Source: Strigamia acuminata (taxonomy: Eukaryota). From it: a DNA stretch of 64,000 bases. Within the stretch, counting starts at the first letter, position 1, and the number at the start of each line of letters is the position of its first letter. Of the stretch, positions 15,065-27,934 are shown one piece after another. The translations under genes were made by a program, and so were the position numbers. The notes beneath the pieces were generated by a model, which saw only the letters and a list, made by a program, of their open reading frames with translations, had not been told where the DNA came from and ran no database searches. The DNA lies in the NCBI GenBank assembly GCA_949358305.1, contig OX442314.1, forward strand, positions 24,428,001 through 24,492,000, in the 5' to 3' direction.

Positions 15065-15948
15065 TATAGAGTTCATACAAAAATGATTATAGACCTACAT
15101 AATGGTAAAATGGTAAAAATTACAATGAGTAATTTCAAATGTGAGCTCAATTGGTAACACATCTCTGCGCCTTGGTCGTGACTTATATCAAGATGGCGGC
15201 TAAACTACTCAACACTCAATCTGAAATATTTCCGTTAGTTTTCATGATTTCTTCAATCTTCACAGCACTCTTGATTTGGTCTTCCTGCTGCTGGGTGCCT
15301 AAATGGTGCTACTCTGTAGTGGCCATCACAAAACTGGAATGGCGATGCAATGGTTTGCTCTCTATCTCGATCCTTCCTTATGGTTGCAAAATCTAGTGTA
15401 CTTTTTATGGTGAAAAAGAGAATAAACCTTTAAACTCTAGGCTACAACTGCTTGTAAAAATTTAAAAATGGGTCCAATTTCCTGGGAAGTGGGTCACTAA
15501 TCAATCATGGTGTTTAAATGGTTTTTCAAGAGTAATTTTTCATGCAATGTTACAGGTTCAGGTTCAAGTTGAACTGAGCTTGCACTGTGAAAACTCCTCC
15601 ACAGGAAGTCACACTTCCTGTGTCTCTAAACTGGTTGCTGTGGCAACTCCCCTTTTGTTCCCACAACCAGGTCCCCAATCGAGCCAAGCTCACAATTTAA
15701 AAATAAATAATTCTTCCCTTACATTAATGATTTTCCGGATCACTACAAGCTTCCAGGTGAAGCATCCACTATCAAAAAACGTGAGTAAAAGCCCAGTTGT
15801 GTTGAAACAAGTGCATCATAAATTCATTGGTTTCGTGAAAAATGAAGGAATTTTAATTGCCAGAGACAAAAAAAAAATTATCTACGCATACATCCATAGT
15901 TAAGCATGTTTTTGTCTTGTTTTTACTCTTTACAGTTGAATATGCCTA

Positions 15949-16078
15949 CAGTTTGCGCCTGGTATCTTGATACTAAATCCGTACTGCGCATCCCATTCTG
16001 TGCAGACAATTTTCTAATTCCAGTTGTTATTTAGCAGTATTAAGCCTAACATTAGGCCTAATAATGCTAAAAATAAGG

Positions 16079-16109
<31 letters not shown>

Positions 16110-16294
16110 ATATTTTGGTACTACGCTAAATAACTTTTAATAATGAGTTTATTGTTGTTTATTTACTTTATTTCAGCATTATTAGGCCCAATATTAGGCT
16201 GAATACTGCTAAATGACAACTGGAATTAGAAAATCGTCTGCGCAGAATAGGATGCGCAGTACGAATTTAGCATCAAGATACCGGGCGCGAACTG
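15949..16294. mobile_element. Foldback MITE with long TIRs of about 135 bp (family B), Tc1/mariner-like
   Basis: CAGTTTGCGCCTGGTATCTTGATACTAAAT... is inverted to ...ATTTAGCATCAAGATACCGGGCGCGAACTG. TA at 15947-48 and 16295-96, (AAAT)n inside. Partial copies at about 27775-27934 and 39005-39036. Confidence 0.88.
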
Positions 16295-17157
16295 TAGTTA
16301 GTGTAGTAAGTATACCACCATGTATCAACATTTCCATGAAACTTTATTCCCCTGTTGTTAATATTTAATTTGATCAATAATGGACAGCCTTATGTGTGTG
16401 CTGCTGTCGAATTATGGCGGTATATATTGCATTATATTCCTCGAGATGCCTTGGAAATTTTAACGTAATTGTTCCACCATCCGAACCGAGACGAGCCACG
16501 AGCTCTTCTGCAGACCTCAACAAAAGTGAAAGTTTGCTGCTGCGTCAACTTGAAAATAATCCATAATGAATTAATGATCTTCGATCTCGACCCTAATTTC
16601 GTCCTGCTAACTCAACTAACAGCTTTTCCGCTAACGCGAACATAATTTAACGACATAATCAAGTGGAAAAATGATCGAGAACATCCGCCAATTAAATTGA
16701 AAGTTTTGCATATAGGAATGTGTAATTACTTTTCACTAAAATGTTAATCAAATCTATTCTTGAATCTTGATAGCAAGTGAAGCGATAAATCTACTTTTTC
16801 AGCGCACCTGCGTCGTCGCAGTGATCGGTCCAAAGGCTTACCGTGTTACAAACTAGAGTTTGTAAGATAGACCTGTAGGTTCGATCGAATTTGTTCAAAG
16901 AGTGTGCAACCGAGTGTAAAATACGTTATTTCATTAGAGATGTTTGTCACTTCTTCGTATACTTTCATCGGCTTTTTTCCTCCTCCCTCTGATGTTCCTG
17001 GTTGGCCATTTGGCAATTGCGACTTGTTTGACGTTGAATCGATCGGTTCAATTGGCTCGTCAACAGGGCGAAACGAATCGATCAAAGGGTCAGTTCCACA
17101 ACTCCTCCTTTCGCATGCATAAGCAACGATGAAAAACCTCCATCCTATACTTTACTC

Positions 17158-17189
<32 letters not shown>

Positions 17190-19615
17190 TTGTGTTGAAA
17201 AAAGAAAGTTTTTCAATTTACAATTGGTCTGGAAATATTTCCATCAATTTTTTCTTTCCACTTGAATAATATTCTGATTTTGCGAAAAGAAAAAGTTGCA
17301 AGGTTTGTGCCAATTTTGTGTCAGTCTTCATGCTTAAAATGATTTTATTCGTTCGTGTAACATTTTTTTTTCCTCTCAAGATGTATTTGGTGGAAAAACA
17401 AATATTGATCAGACCTTTCGTTCCATGCCCGTCTCCCAACCCCGTCTCTTTCGCGCTTTGGTCTATCGGGGGATTTTTCTTCTTCACTCGACCAGTTCAT
17501 CCCAACATGCAATTGCTCTCGAGAAAGGAACTCGCAATTTCATTAAACGTCCAACTATCTAGAGACTTTGCCACTGCTAAATGTCGTTACTACTCTCGGC
17601 AAATTTTCACGCTTCTCGATTTATTGCCACCTTAAACGAAATCTCCGAGTAAAAATGTCAAAACTCGCAATTCCAAACTGCTTTTCCACTACATAACTTG
17701 GGAAACTTGTAATTTTCCTTGTTTATGCAAAGTGATTAAATTTGGGCGATAATTAAGCCCGGAAAGTGCAAAGTCTTCACAAAAATTGATCGGTCCCAAG
17801 CGGTCCGCTCGAGATTTGACACCCGGTCGCAATTAAGGTGTTAGCAACGAACCAACTATTTTAATCGGCCGCCTTCCATACATCGACCCTCATCAATAAA
17901 CGTCTTACCGTAATCACCCTTTGTAATCACACCGTCAAGATCCAAATCTTGTTATCTGCTCCATCTACAAGAATACACAATCTCAAAGCGATATAATTAC
18001 GTGATAAATCCTCCAGTTATGGTTAAATTCCCATTAATTTCTGCTAAACAAATTAAATTCCAAAAAAAGACATTCATTTAAGGCCATCTTGTTTTAGGTG
18101 AAAAATGTGACAATACTATTAATTCAAAACGAAAAAAGAAGACAAATAGCTTGAAAATGTTATAAATTTCTGCTTCTGGGCGTTTATACTTTTATTTAAA
18201 TGACAAATATTCACCTAAAACATCATAAATTCTTTTGGAGAAACCAAAAAAACAAATGTTATCACAGACCAAAGCCATTACAAACTTCCCCTTTAATCCA
18301 TTTTTCATTATTCTTTTTTTTTATTTATTTAAATATTCGATATTTTATTTCTTTTTACTTTTTACTTTTTACTTTCCATCTTATGGACGAGCCCTTTGGG
18401 TAGAGTGCGTGATATACATTTGTTCTTCAGATTGCTTTCCTCCAGATGCCTTGCTCAGAATCATCTTCAATATACAATACAAGAGGGCGCAACTTATGAG
18501 CGGATTGCTCAAACGGTGGCTCGCTTGCTCACCCTCCCCCGTCTATTTATCACGTTGACAGATCATCATCAGTTTCCCCTTCTCCGATATAAATTTACAC
18601 TACTGCAAAGACCATCAAAAACTACAATTTTCACTCGTTCTGCTCGAAATTAAAATACATTTCTTTTGTTGTCAACAAAATTTCTGCATAAAAACTTGAA
18701 AAACTCCAAAAATGCGTTCAAATTGGTCAAGAAAAATCCGCTTAAAGTTAAAAACCTCGTTTTCAATTCAGAATGTAACAGTTTTTACGTCATTTTCCTT
18801 ATTTTCCGATTTACGCATGCTCGGTTGAACAATTATTCACATTTCAGCTGTGCCTGTGTAATTTTTAATATTTTATTTAGTAGCATTTAATAATAAGTCA
18901 TTTATTTCACTTTTTTAGTATTTGCTTAACCAGTTTGAACGCAGATAAAGATTTAAAGAAATTTTATTTTTTTTAATTTAAGAAATGGAAATTTCTATTT
19001 TGCACTGCCAGATTTTTAGTCTTCGACTATCGATTCATATCGGAAATAGGAAATGGTGCAAAGAAAGAAAAAAAAGTAATAATAAAACCGCTTTGCTGAA
19101 AGTTAGGAAGGGAAAAAAAGAAATGTGTTGTAACGTGTGAGATTGGCAAATTTATTTGAAGGAAGGAAAAGAGCAAATTTCTTCTGGCACCAAAAGTGAG
19201 TGCGTCTCCCGGTTGCGATATTGAATCGGTGGCTCTCCCGACGGGCAAAAGGAATTTGAGACTTTCTTAACGACTCAAACTGAATTCGATCCAAGCAGAT
19301 TGGGTTTTGCACTTCCAATCGAAACTTGTTCTTTCCCTCGACTCTGCAAAACTTGTCGTACGACGAAAAAAAAAAAAATAAAAAAAAAATCAACATTTAA
19401 ATTGAAACGAGATTTGGAAATCACACACAGCAACGAAAAAGAAAAAGAAAAAAAAAAGAAAAGAAAATAACAGACTGATGAGTCACCAAAATGAGTAAAA
19501 ATATTAATTCTTTATTTTATTGTCACAAAAAAAAAAAGATTTCGTTTTTCAAATGTAAATTCGCCTTTTAAAACCCAAAACAAACAGTTAAAAAACAAAA
19601 AAGCCAAAACGTGTG

Positions 19616-22236
19616 TCAGCACTCGCTCTCCTTGCCATCGAAAGAGTAGTCATCGGTCGGCACCGGTTTACCCTTCTTCACTCGCGACTCCCTCTTTTTA
19701 TGCACAAACCCAACGATTGTCACTAACAGTAAAATCATGGCCAATCCCACACCAGCTCCGATGTACATCCACGAAAAATGATTTTTCAAACACGAAGATT
19801 CCTCCTCGTCGAACCCCGACGGACAATCTTTCTTGCCATTACACCACAAGAGCGCGCTGATGCAAGCGTTCAATTCGGGGCACTTATAAACACATTCCCC
19901 CTTGAGTTTCATGCCCTGCACGTTGTTCGAAGTGAGCTTACCAACTTTAAGCCATTTGACCGCGAAGTTGCCCGCTTCACGCACCAGAAACTCCAAAACA
20001 AGAGCATTCGAAGCTGTTGACATTTTGGTAGAAAATCTCACATTAGTCTTGTTCCAATCGCGCGAAAAAATCTCCACTTCTGGCGGGTTGACTGACGGGT
20101 CTTCGGTCGACTCGGGGCACACTACAATGATAGGATCAGCCTGCCCCGGCGAGGACACTACGATGCGATTTGCAGTTTCGCAACCGTGCTCCTCCGAAGC
20201 GACAGTTCCTTGTAAACGCAAATAAACATACTCGTCCGGCGGCGGCGCCAAGAACCACGGACAATGCAACTGCGACTCCACATCGTCCGCAGTCACGAAT
20301 TCTTTAATGTTTCCACTGCTCTCGTCCTCGGGCCAATGTCGACGGCAGTCCGGCGCCGACACGAATTCGTAGACGGCCTCGAAATTGAAGTCGTCAAAGT
20401 CCTCTTCGGCATTCATGTCTCGCACCGTGAAATTCACCTGCAACACCGAGCCGAGAGACTCCAACTGAGTGGTGGTCGTCACGTTGCACACACACGCGAG
20501 TGGAATGGTGTCCGTGAGGTTCCACACCTGGTCGTACACGCGGATTTCGGCCTCGGACTCGTCCAGCTCTCCGTATTGACAAAAATATCGATTGGTGTTG
20601 TTGTTGTAGGAAGTGCTACACCGCCGTCTCCCGATCTTCATCGTGCGAAACAGGAGGCGCACACGCTCCGTGCTGGACCCCAGAAACGTGTAGGAACATT
20701 CCAGGTGGCGACTCCCACCGCGACCGAAGTAAAAGACGTTCTGAGGAGAAGCGAAAACTCCCCTGCGGACCGCGCCGCTGCGAAACAAGCGGTGACAACC
20801 GTCGCCTTTCGAATCACCGTACTGAAAGAGATTGACAAACTCGTAGCGAGCGATGAACTTGAGACTGTCAAGTTGCGCGTCGGCCGACACGGAATACCGC
20901 AGAAACAGTTCTGGCGCGTTCGTGACGTAACTCTCGTCGGGATATTTACAAGGGCGCACAGGAACGAGATCTGGGAAGCTGCGCGCGTGCACGCACAGAC
21001 GGGGCACCTTGTCTCCGTGAATCTCGTCGACGAGATGCGAGACCGCATCTTCGGCCGGATCGATGCTCGGAGACCTCTCCCACAGTTTCATTCGAAAAAG
21101 ATTCGTCTCGTCTCTGTGAGGGTCTTTACGACTGTCGGGGAAGTACTGGACGAAATAAAACCACACGAACTCGTGTTCCGAGCCTCGGAAATGGTAGAGG
21201 CACGTGGTGTTGGGTTGAGTGAAGTGCTGCAGACTGTAGACCACACCTTGGCGTCGATCGCGGCTCGACACCGACCAATCGCACCGCTGCTCCACCAAGC
21301 GGGCTCCGATCAGATCTTCCGGTAAAAAAATGACGCGCACGTCCAACTCGAAGTGGTTCATCTCGGGCTGGTCGAAGGCGGACGAACGAAACTCTACCGA
21401 CAGGTCGGGTCCGCTCGAGATGATGTCGGACAGCGCTCCCGAGCGGCAAAACTTGATGAGGAACGGATCGCTGGCGTTTGACCCGTCGAATACCCGGATG
21501 TAGTCTTGCGCGCACAGATTGCCGAACAACAGTCTCTTTTCGCGTCGGTACGAATAGGAAGTAGGGAGGGGACCGTGGAACGTCTCGCCCGTTTTGATGC
21601 TCAACTTGTCCTCGTTCTTCTGCGAAATCACGATCATGGCGTGTTGTCCGTCCGGTATGGTTCTCTGAGTGATGTGGTAATGACACGTGACGTTGCGGGG
21701 ATAAATGCCGGGGAAGTTGGGGCTTTGCACTTTGCACACTTGCCAGTCGCAATCCTGAAAGCTGCGGTCGCAGACGGTTCCGGGAATGAATTCGCCTCGA
21801 TGGTAGAGCGCTCCTGGTGGACCGTAGCGCGTGACGCACTCGGCGCGCGACAAGAAACGGAAGTTGAAGCGCAGCGCGAACTCGTTCAAGTCGTTGGATT
21901 CGGTGAGGTTGAAGATGCGCACGATCAAAGTAAGGTTGTTGGTCTCACTATAATAAACGTTCCAGCGTACTCCGAAGCCGCACCAACCGCCAGCGCTCTT
22001 CGGGGGACGGCCGTGTTCGACCATTTGCACGTGGGCGTCGGGGCAGCCATCGTCCATGTAGGAAACGAGTCTCCCAACGCTGAACTGTTCGAAGGCCAGT
22101 TCGACCAAGTCTCCCAGTTCGCCTCCGCCAGCGATGAACGTGAATTGGCAGTAGTAAGGAAGACGTTCGCGTTTTGGTCTGTCCACCGACACCTGGTATG
22201 TCTTGTGCCGGTCGCCGTAAAACGTTCGGTTGCAAC
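19616..22236 (-). CDS. Last coding exon (2621 nt) of an LDLa/multi-CUB type I membrane protein: CUB and CUB-like domains, C-terminal LDLa, TM, short cytoplasmic tail
   Basis: Long GC-rich ORF. CUB motifs include CKVQSPNFPGIYPRNVTCHYHI...DYIRVFDG...KFCRSG and GVFASPQN...CSYTFLG. LDLa-like CPELNACISALLWCNGKKDCPSGFDEE. TM WMYIGAGVGLAMILLLVTIVGFV followed by HKKR. Acceptor ttttacgtag| at 22238-22237, so the ORF-track start at 22252 is intronic. Stop TGA at 19618-19616. Confidence 0.93.
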
Positions 22237-23526
22237 CTACGTAAAATATCACTTTGTTTACTCACAAAAATCGCACACAAAGAGAAAGAAGAAAAAATAA
22301 TCGATAAACGACTTTTCCTTAGCAGGAAATCAAACAAGCCAAAGCAAAAAACTTGAAAAAAAATACAAAAAAATGCAAACCAAGAAATCCGAAATAAGAA
22401 GAAGAAAAAAAAAATAGTGCAGTCTCAAGATGCGAAGATACGTGCAGAGCAGCAATGTCGAGATGCAAAATGCAATTCCAAGGAAAAATGCACAAAAAAA
22501 GAAAAAAAGAAAAGAAAAAAAAACACAAAAAAAGAAGAAGAAAACAAACGCAAGTGGGAAAAATATGCACGCGAGCAAAAACTTGTAGAAATTGAATTTT
22601 AAACTCTTAGCATGCAAGCAGACGCCAGTCAGTCCGAGCGAATTCATCTTCAAACTCCTCCTTGTTGCGCTCTTTATGGTCCATCATTTCATTTTATCTC
22701 GCCAGGAAGCCACTGCTTTGCTCTCCTTTTCATTTCTTTTTTTTTTACCATTCCCCCTCCACCTTTTCCATTCTTTTTTGTCTAGTACGCGAAATGAGGA
22801 CCCGAAGCAAAGGTGTGGTAGCCGTAGGAGGGAAAGAAAAAAGAGAAAATTGGTGAGTTGGGATGAGAGAGAGAAAGAGGAAAACCGACAACGTCCAGAG
22901 CTAATAGAACGTCCCCCCATGCGATGCTTTTGTTTGCATTCGCTTCATACATGTCAAAACGGAAGGACATGTACTTTGCCCGTTATGGGCGGAAGTGAAA
23001 GTTATTTAGGCGTGATGAAAAGCAGAAACGTGCACGTGCAGAACCGCCACCCGAAACTCGATGCGCGCGGCCTCGAGGCGAGTGCAAAATGAAAATTTGC
23101 TCTTTCCTGACCTATGGTATTTCGACCACCGGTCAACGAAGGCCAAAAATTTCAGGCTTCAATTTTTATCTTTGCGCTAGATTTTTTTTCTTCCAATTTG
23201 AAAAGACTCCCCCAAGGTGTCCAAAGTTTTCCATTCGGAAACCAAAGCGAGGATGAGAAGAGGGATTTACAACGTGCGATGGGGATTATGTCGTTTAATT
23301 AAAACGAAACTTTGAAGGGGAATGAAAAGGAAAAGAAATAAATTCCGAAGCGAAATTAAGAACTCCATAAATAAATCGACCGATTTTAAATCCGTATGTG
23401 TACACAAGCAATCCACGATCCAAGCCCGGGTAAAACACTCGTGCAATAAACCATGCGGGATTGAGAAAAGCTCGAGCAAATACTTAAAGTTTAGCGACGA
23501 AAATGACGAATTAAAAAGCTACTTAC

Positions 23527-23698
23527 GAGTACATTGCCGGGGTTCGTCGCTCTTGTCTCCGCAGTCGTTTTTGCCGTCGCAGAAGCGATCGAGTCCGATG
23601 CACCGTCCATTATCGCAAAAGAATTCGGAAATGCGACAGGAAATAACGACGGATACGAGAAATGTTGCAAGAATCGCAAGGCCAGGGCCACAGCCCAT
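23527..23698 (-). CDS. First coding exon of the same gene: signal peptide plus N-terminal LDL-receptor class A domain
   Basis: Translates [57 protein letters not shown] (57 codons + 1 nt). Donor C|GTAAGT at 23526. The phase-1 join C+GT gives Arg in frame with CNRTFYG, for a total of 930 aa. The exon begins at 23810 after ttttttccag. Confidence 0.93.
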
Positions 23699-24201
23699 GA
23701 CGCGGATTGAGCATGCGTCCTAATGTTCGCCGACCCCACTCAAACCTGCCATCAGTCTCTGTTCGTAGCGCCCTGCGTGGTCATTGCCCATATTTCGACA
23801 AGTGTGGACACTGGAAAAAAAAATTTGGAATGTAAGTACAAAAAAAAAAATCAATAAAAAATAAACCGGAGAAAACTTTTTTTCCTTTGGGCTTTCTTTA
23901 CTTTCTTTTTTTTCCCCCCTGCATTCTGCCATTTTTTTTATTTTTATTTTTTTTGCGAGGAACGCAAAGACAGAAGCAGAATGACAATTGGTTCGCAGTG
24001 AAGATAATAAAAGAGAGAGTCAATTTTCTGATGACTTAAAGTTAATGGCATAATAGCAAATTAATGATAATAAGAATAGTGTAATAACGATTATATTAAT
24101 AATAATAAAGTGAAATGGATATCATCAATCAAAAAGGAATAAAAGTCGACATGTGATTTGACAGAAGTTTATATTTTCTTTCAAATATAAATAAGTGCGT
24201 A

Positions 24202-24462
24202 CATATGGTTCAAAAATATATTGCAATGTATTTTGAAATATATTAAGTTGCGCGAGAATGCATTTTCTGATATATTTTTGACTGGAATTGGTTTGCAAAT
24301 GATAATAAATTTTCTAAAATTACAAATGGATTGTCAAAATATACTTTTTCAATTGTAATGCGAAACGCATTAGTTAATGTTCAAATAGTGTAATAGTTCT
24401 GCGAAATGCTATACATTTTGGAATGCATTCTAATACATTTCAATATAATTTCAATCTATGGG
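24202..24462 (-). mobile_element. Degenerate AT-rich interspersed repeat (family C), copy 1, inverted
   Basis: GCGAAATGCTATACATTTTGGAATGCATT is the reverse complement (1 mismatch) of AATGCATTCCAAAATGTATAGCATTTTGC at about 30477. The end ATGGTTCAAAAATATATT is shared with 58504. Confidence 0.65.
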
Positions 24463-27400
24463 AGAAGTTTGTTTTTCAATGGTCAGAAACAGAGAACAAA
24501 AACAAACGGAGATTTTTTTGGTTTTTGTATCTGTAGTTTTAGTTTTGGATTTCACAAGTGAATGGCGATTAAAATTCCTTCATTTTCACACAATCAATAA
24601 ATTATTGCCGACTTCTTTCCACACAATTCTAACTTGTGTGACAACTACGTGAATCCAATTGTAAAAACCGACATAAAGCATAAACACTTGAAAAACCACT
24701 CTAGATTGAGCTTTCTGTTTTTGCACTTTTTCATGATGGTTTATCGCATCCATTCTGATTGTAGAAACACTAAAAACAACACAAACAGAAACCTAAAGCT
24801 ACATTTTCAAATCCATATGTAGTACCGAGAATATTTAGAGACTGTACAGAATCTGTGTGTAATATGCCCTCCAAATTCTCCATTTTTTTCGCATTTTAAT
24901 TGAAGTATTTTCAAAAACTCCCATCCTGTTCTTGACAACTTAATTTAATCATTCGGCAGGAATCAATAAAACGAGTTAAAGCGATTAATTAAAATCCTAC
25001 CGATGCAGCTAGATAGAAAAATTGAGCGGAACCTTCAATTCTGTTAAACAGAAATAACACACACTAGATAATTTTGCGAGGTAAACCGAAGTTTCATTAA
25101 GCAATTCAAAAGCACCACATTAAACTGACAGCCGCTTAATTGCTATTCTAAGGCCCTTAAACGACTGCTATTTGAACTGTCTATAAAACAAACACAAACA
25201 CAATATACGGAAAAATAAACAGAAATATTTATTTACATCAAAATTTAAAAATAAAATAAACAGAAGTAAACAAAAAGAAAAACGAAAAAAGCGGTAAATT
25301 GAATGCGGATCAGGTGTCTGTGCATCGATCCACCAAATTGTATTAAATGACGACTGCAGAGACGAAAAAACTCTCATTCGTACATCCAAAATTAAAGTAA
25401 AAGATGTAAAGAAAAAAATGAGACCGGTTCCAAATGTTTCCACAGAAATTAATAATAAGTTCAGGATGATTTGTTATCGCAAAAATGAGGATAATTAAAG
25501 AGCTCGCACATCGAATGCGACCAGTTTATTTATTGCTAATGTAGAGCGGCAAATTACAATAAAAATGCATTTTTACGACTGATAAACTCGGAAACAAACT
25601 TTCGGTTTCATTTCCCTCGTGAATTGAGCAAATTCTAGCAAACAAAATTGCCGTTTGTTGCTTTGCTTCGGATCCCTCTGTGCCCGGAAATGGCGCTGCA
25701 AACTTTAATTTTCTATCCGTCATAAGAACTCAGGTAAGATGCAACTCACAGAGGTAATTATACAGTCATATGTTTACGATAAAAGCAAAAAAACGAGGGA
25801 AAATATGAAAAAAAAAGTAGCGAAAATAAGGAAGAGAGAATCGCTCCAGCGATTCGTGAAATATGGGGATTGGAGATGAAGAGAAAAGAAAAAAAGGCGC
25901 CTCTTTCTTCTTCCAGTGTGTCAAGCAAAGACAAAACAGAGGCATATAGATAAAACAACACGCTCGGTTCATGCACCGTCGCACAACTTTCTTCGCAAAA
26001 TTTCTATTAGATTCCTGATGCCCAATCAAATCCTCCATTTTGACCTTTTGTTTTCCCTCTTTAAGTTTCTTTTACGCTTCAATGTCTGCGATTTTTAAAT
26101 CCGGTTCTATTTCCCTAATAAAAAAGAAATTATTTAGCGTTTTGTTTTGCCAAAATCAAAATCCTCCCAAAAAAAATATTTTTTTCTCGTTTCTATAGCA
26201 ACGAGCTGACATTGACACTCTGTCCACTATTTTTGAAATGGTTTTTATTTTATTTTATATTTTTTTTATTTTTTGAAATCAAAAGAGAGAGAGAGAGAAG
26301 AGAGACGAGTTTTATCTGTTTGGTCAAAAATGATTTCTGCTCTCTCTACAAAAAAAAAATTGGTAAGCGAAGAGTATCTGCTTTTTACTTAATGATGACA
26401 ATACAACAGTTGATATCTGTCAGTAAATTCAACGCACATGGCTTGAGTCCAAAAATCCAAGACAAGTTTCATTCATGTCAAGTTCACCTTTAACCAATTT
26501 TAGGGTTATTGTGTCCGTGGTTAAATCATGGCTTCAAATCTCATCAAATTTATGTTATTGCTAAAATTAAAGCCCGTATTAAATCTTCTAGTAATAAACC
26601 ATTTAAAAATGGCAATATTTTATGTCCTTTTTTATAAATACAATATAAAATGAAAAAATAAAAAAAATTCCAATGAAATAAATCCATTTCGTGTCTATAT
26701 CTCTTGATTGCATTCCCCAAATTGAAATCTGTGTGATCAAAATAGGATCACGTACACACAATATTTGACCGCGTTGTTTCTTCTTCTCATCGTCTAGACC
26801 GGAAAAGGAAATGACAAAAATGCACTTAAAGTTGGCCCAGAAGAATTTTTATTGCAACTTTAAAGCCGCTTGATACACGAAGATGGCGACCATCAAATCA
26901 ACAAAGCCAAGAAAAGAAAGAGAAAGGAAAAAAAAACCATTAAATTTGGATTTGACAGAATAAAAACAAGTGAAACAAACGGACAAATTAATAAAGGGAA
27001 AGTGCCGACACGTAACAAGCAGTCATTATATAGAATAAAAGTGCCGGCAGCCGCAATAAAAAGATGGAGACTAGTTTCTAACTGAGATTCAATTAGGTGT
27101 CCATTACAAAACGTGCAAAAGTGCGTCGGAAGAAAAATCACGCAACGAATTGCGACAAATAAATGTAAACATGTGTTTTAAAAGCTGCAAATTTAATCAA
27201 CGTTAGAGTCTGGAATAAATTTACGTAGAGATCAATGGGTCAAAAAAATGAAATTTTATAGCATAGACTTTTTTTAAAACTGAATTTAAATTTTTTTTTA
27301 GAAAAACAGACATTATTGGTTGTTTTTCTTGTTTGTTTTTGTTTCTGCCATTTTTGCCAACTAATTAATTCCAAATCCTAGGTTTTAAAAAAATAAAAAC

Positions 27401-27667
27401 AGAGCATTTTAATTAGATTTGCCGCGAGATATTTTTTCAACACAAATGAAGTTGACACAAGACTCGCTTGAAAACCCAATTTCTCGCCATCCCCAGAACT
27501 CATCACACAACTTCCAAACCATATTGAAATGACTCGTACATGTACAGCCTTTTAAATTAAATTAAACATTGCTTATGTTAGAATGAAAAAAAAAGTGCAG
27601 CGCAATACAATCGGTACGTTCAAATTTTTTAAGTCAAAGAGTTGAAGTAAAAATTTAAAGTATGGTA

Positions 27668-27934
27668 CAGTCGAAACTCCTTTTAACGAATCGCGATATA
27701 ACGAATTTCTCGTTATAACGAATAAGTAAAAATGGCTTATTTGGTTGGCCATAGACCACCATGTTAAAAAATGTAAATTACTTTTAATGATATGTTTATT
27801 GTTGTTTATTTACTTTATTTTAGCATTATTAGGCCAAATATTAAGCTTAATGCTGCTAAATAACAACTAAAAAAAGTCTGCGCAGAATGGGATGCGCAAT
27901 ACGAATTTAGCATCAAGATACCGGGCGCGAACTG
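27668..27934. mobile_element. Chimeric MITE: one end of family A fused to the right half of family B
   Basis: 27668 to about 27772 matches the reverse complement of about 14957-15064. About 27775-27934 matches about 16128-16294. Termini are CAGT...ACTG, with TA on the left and TG on the right. Confidence 0.8.

Noticed and set aside
19475..19500. Hammerhead ribozyme core CTGATGAG
   Set aside because: No downstream GAAA core with stem II.
22237..22252. ORF-track start MIFYVG of the 878-aa ORF
   Set aside because: It is a GTG start within the intron acceptor region. The real N-terminus comes from the 23527-23698 exon.
20264..22300. Long plus-strand ORFs (353 aa and 264 aa) and the alternate-frame minus-strand ORF 21126..21839
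   Set aside because: Shadow ORFs of the GC-rich CUB exon, with no recognisable motifs.
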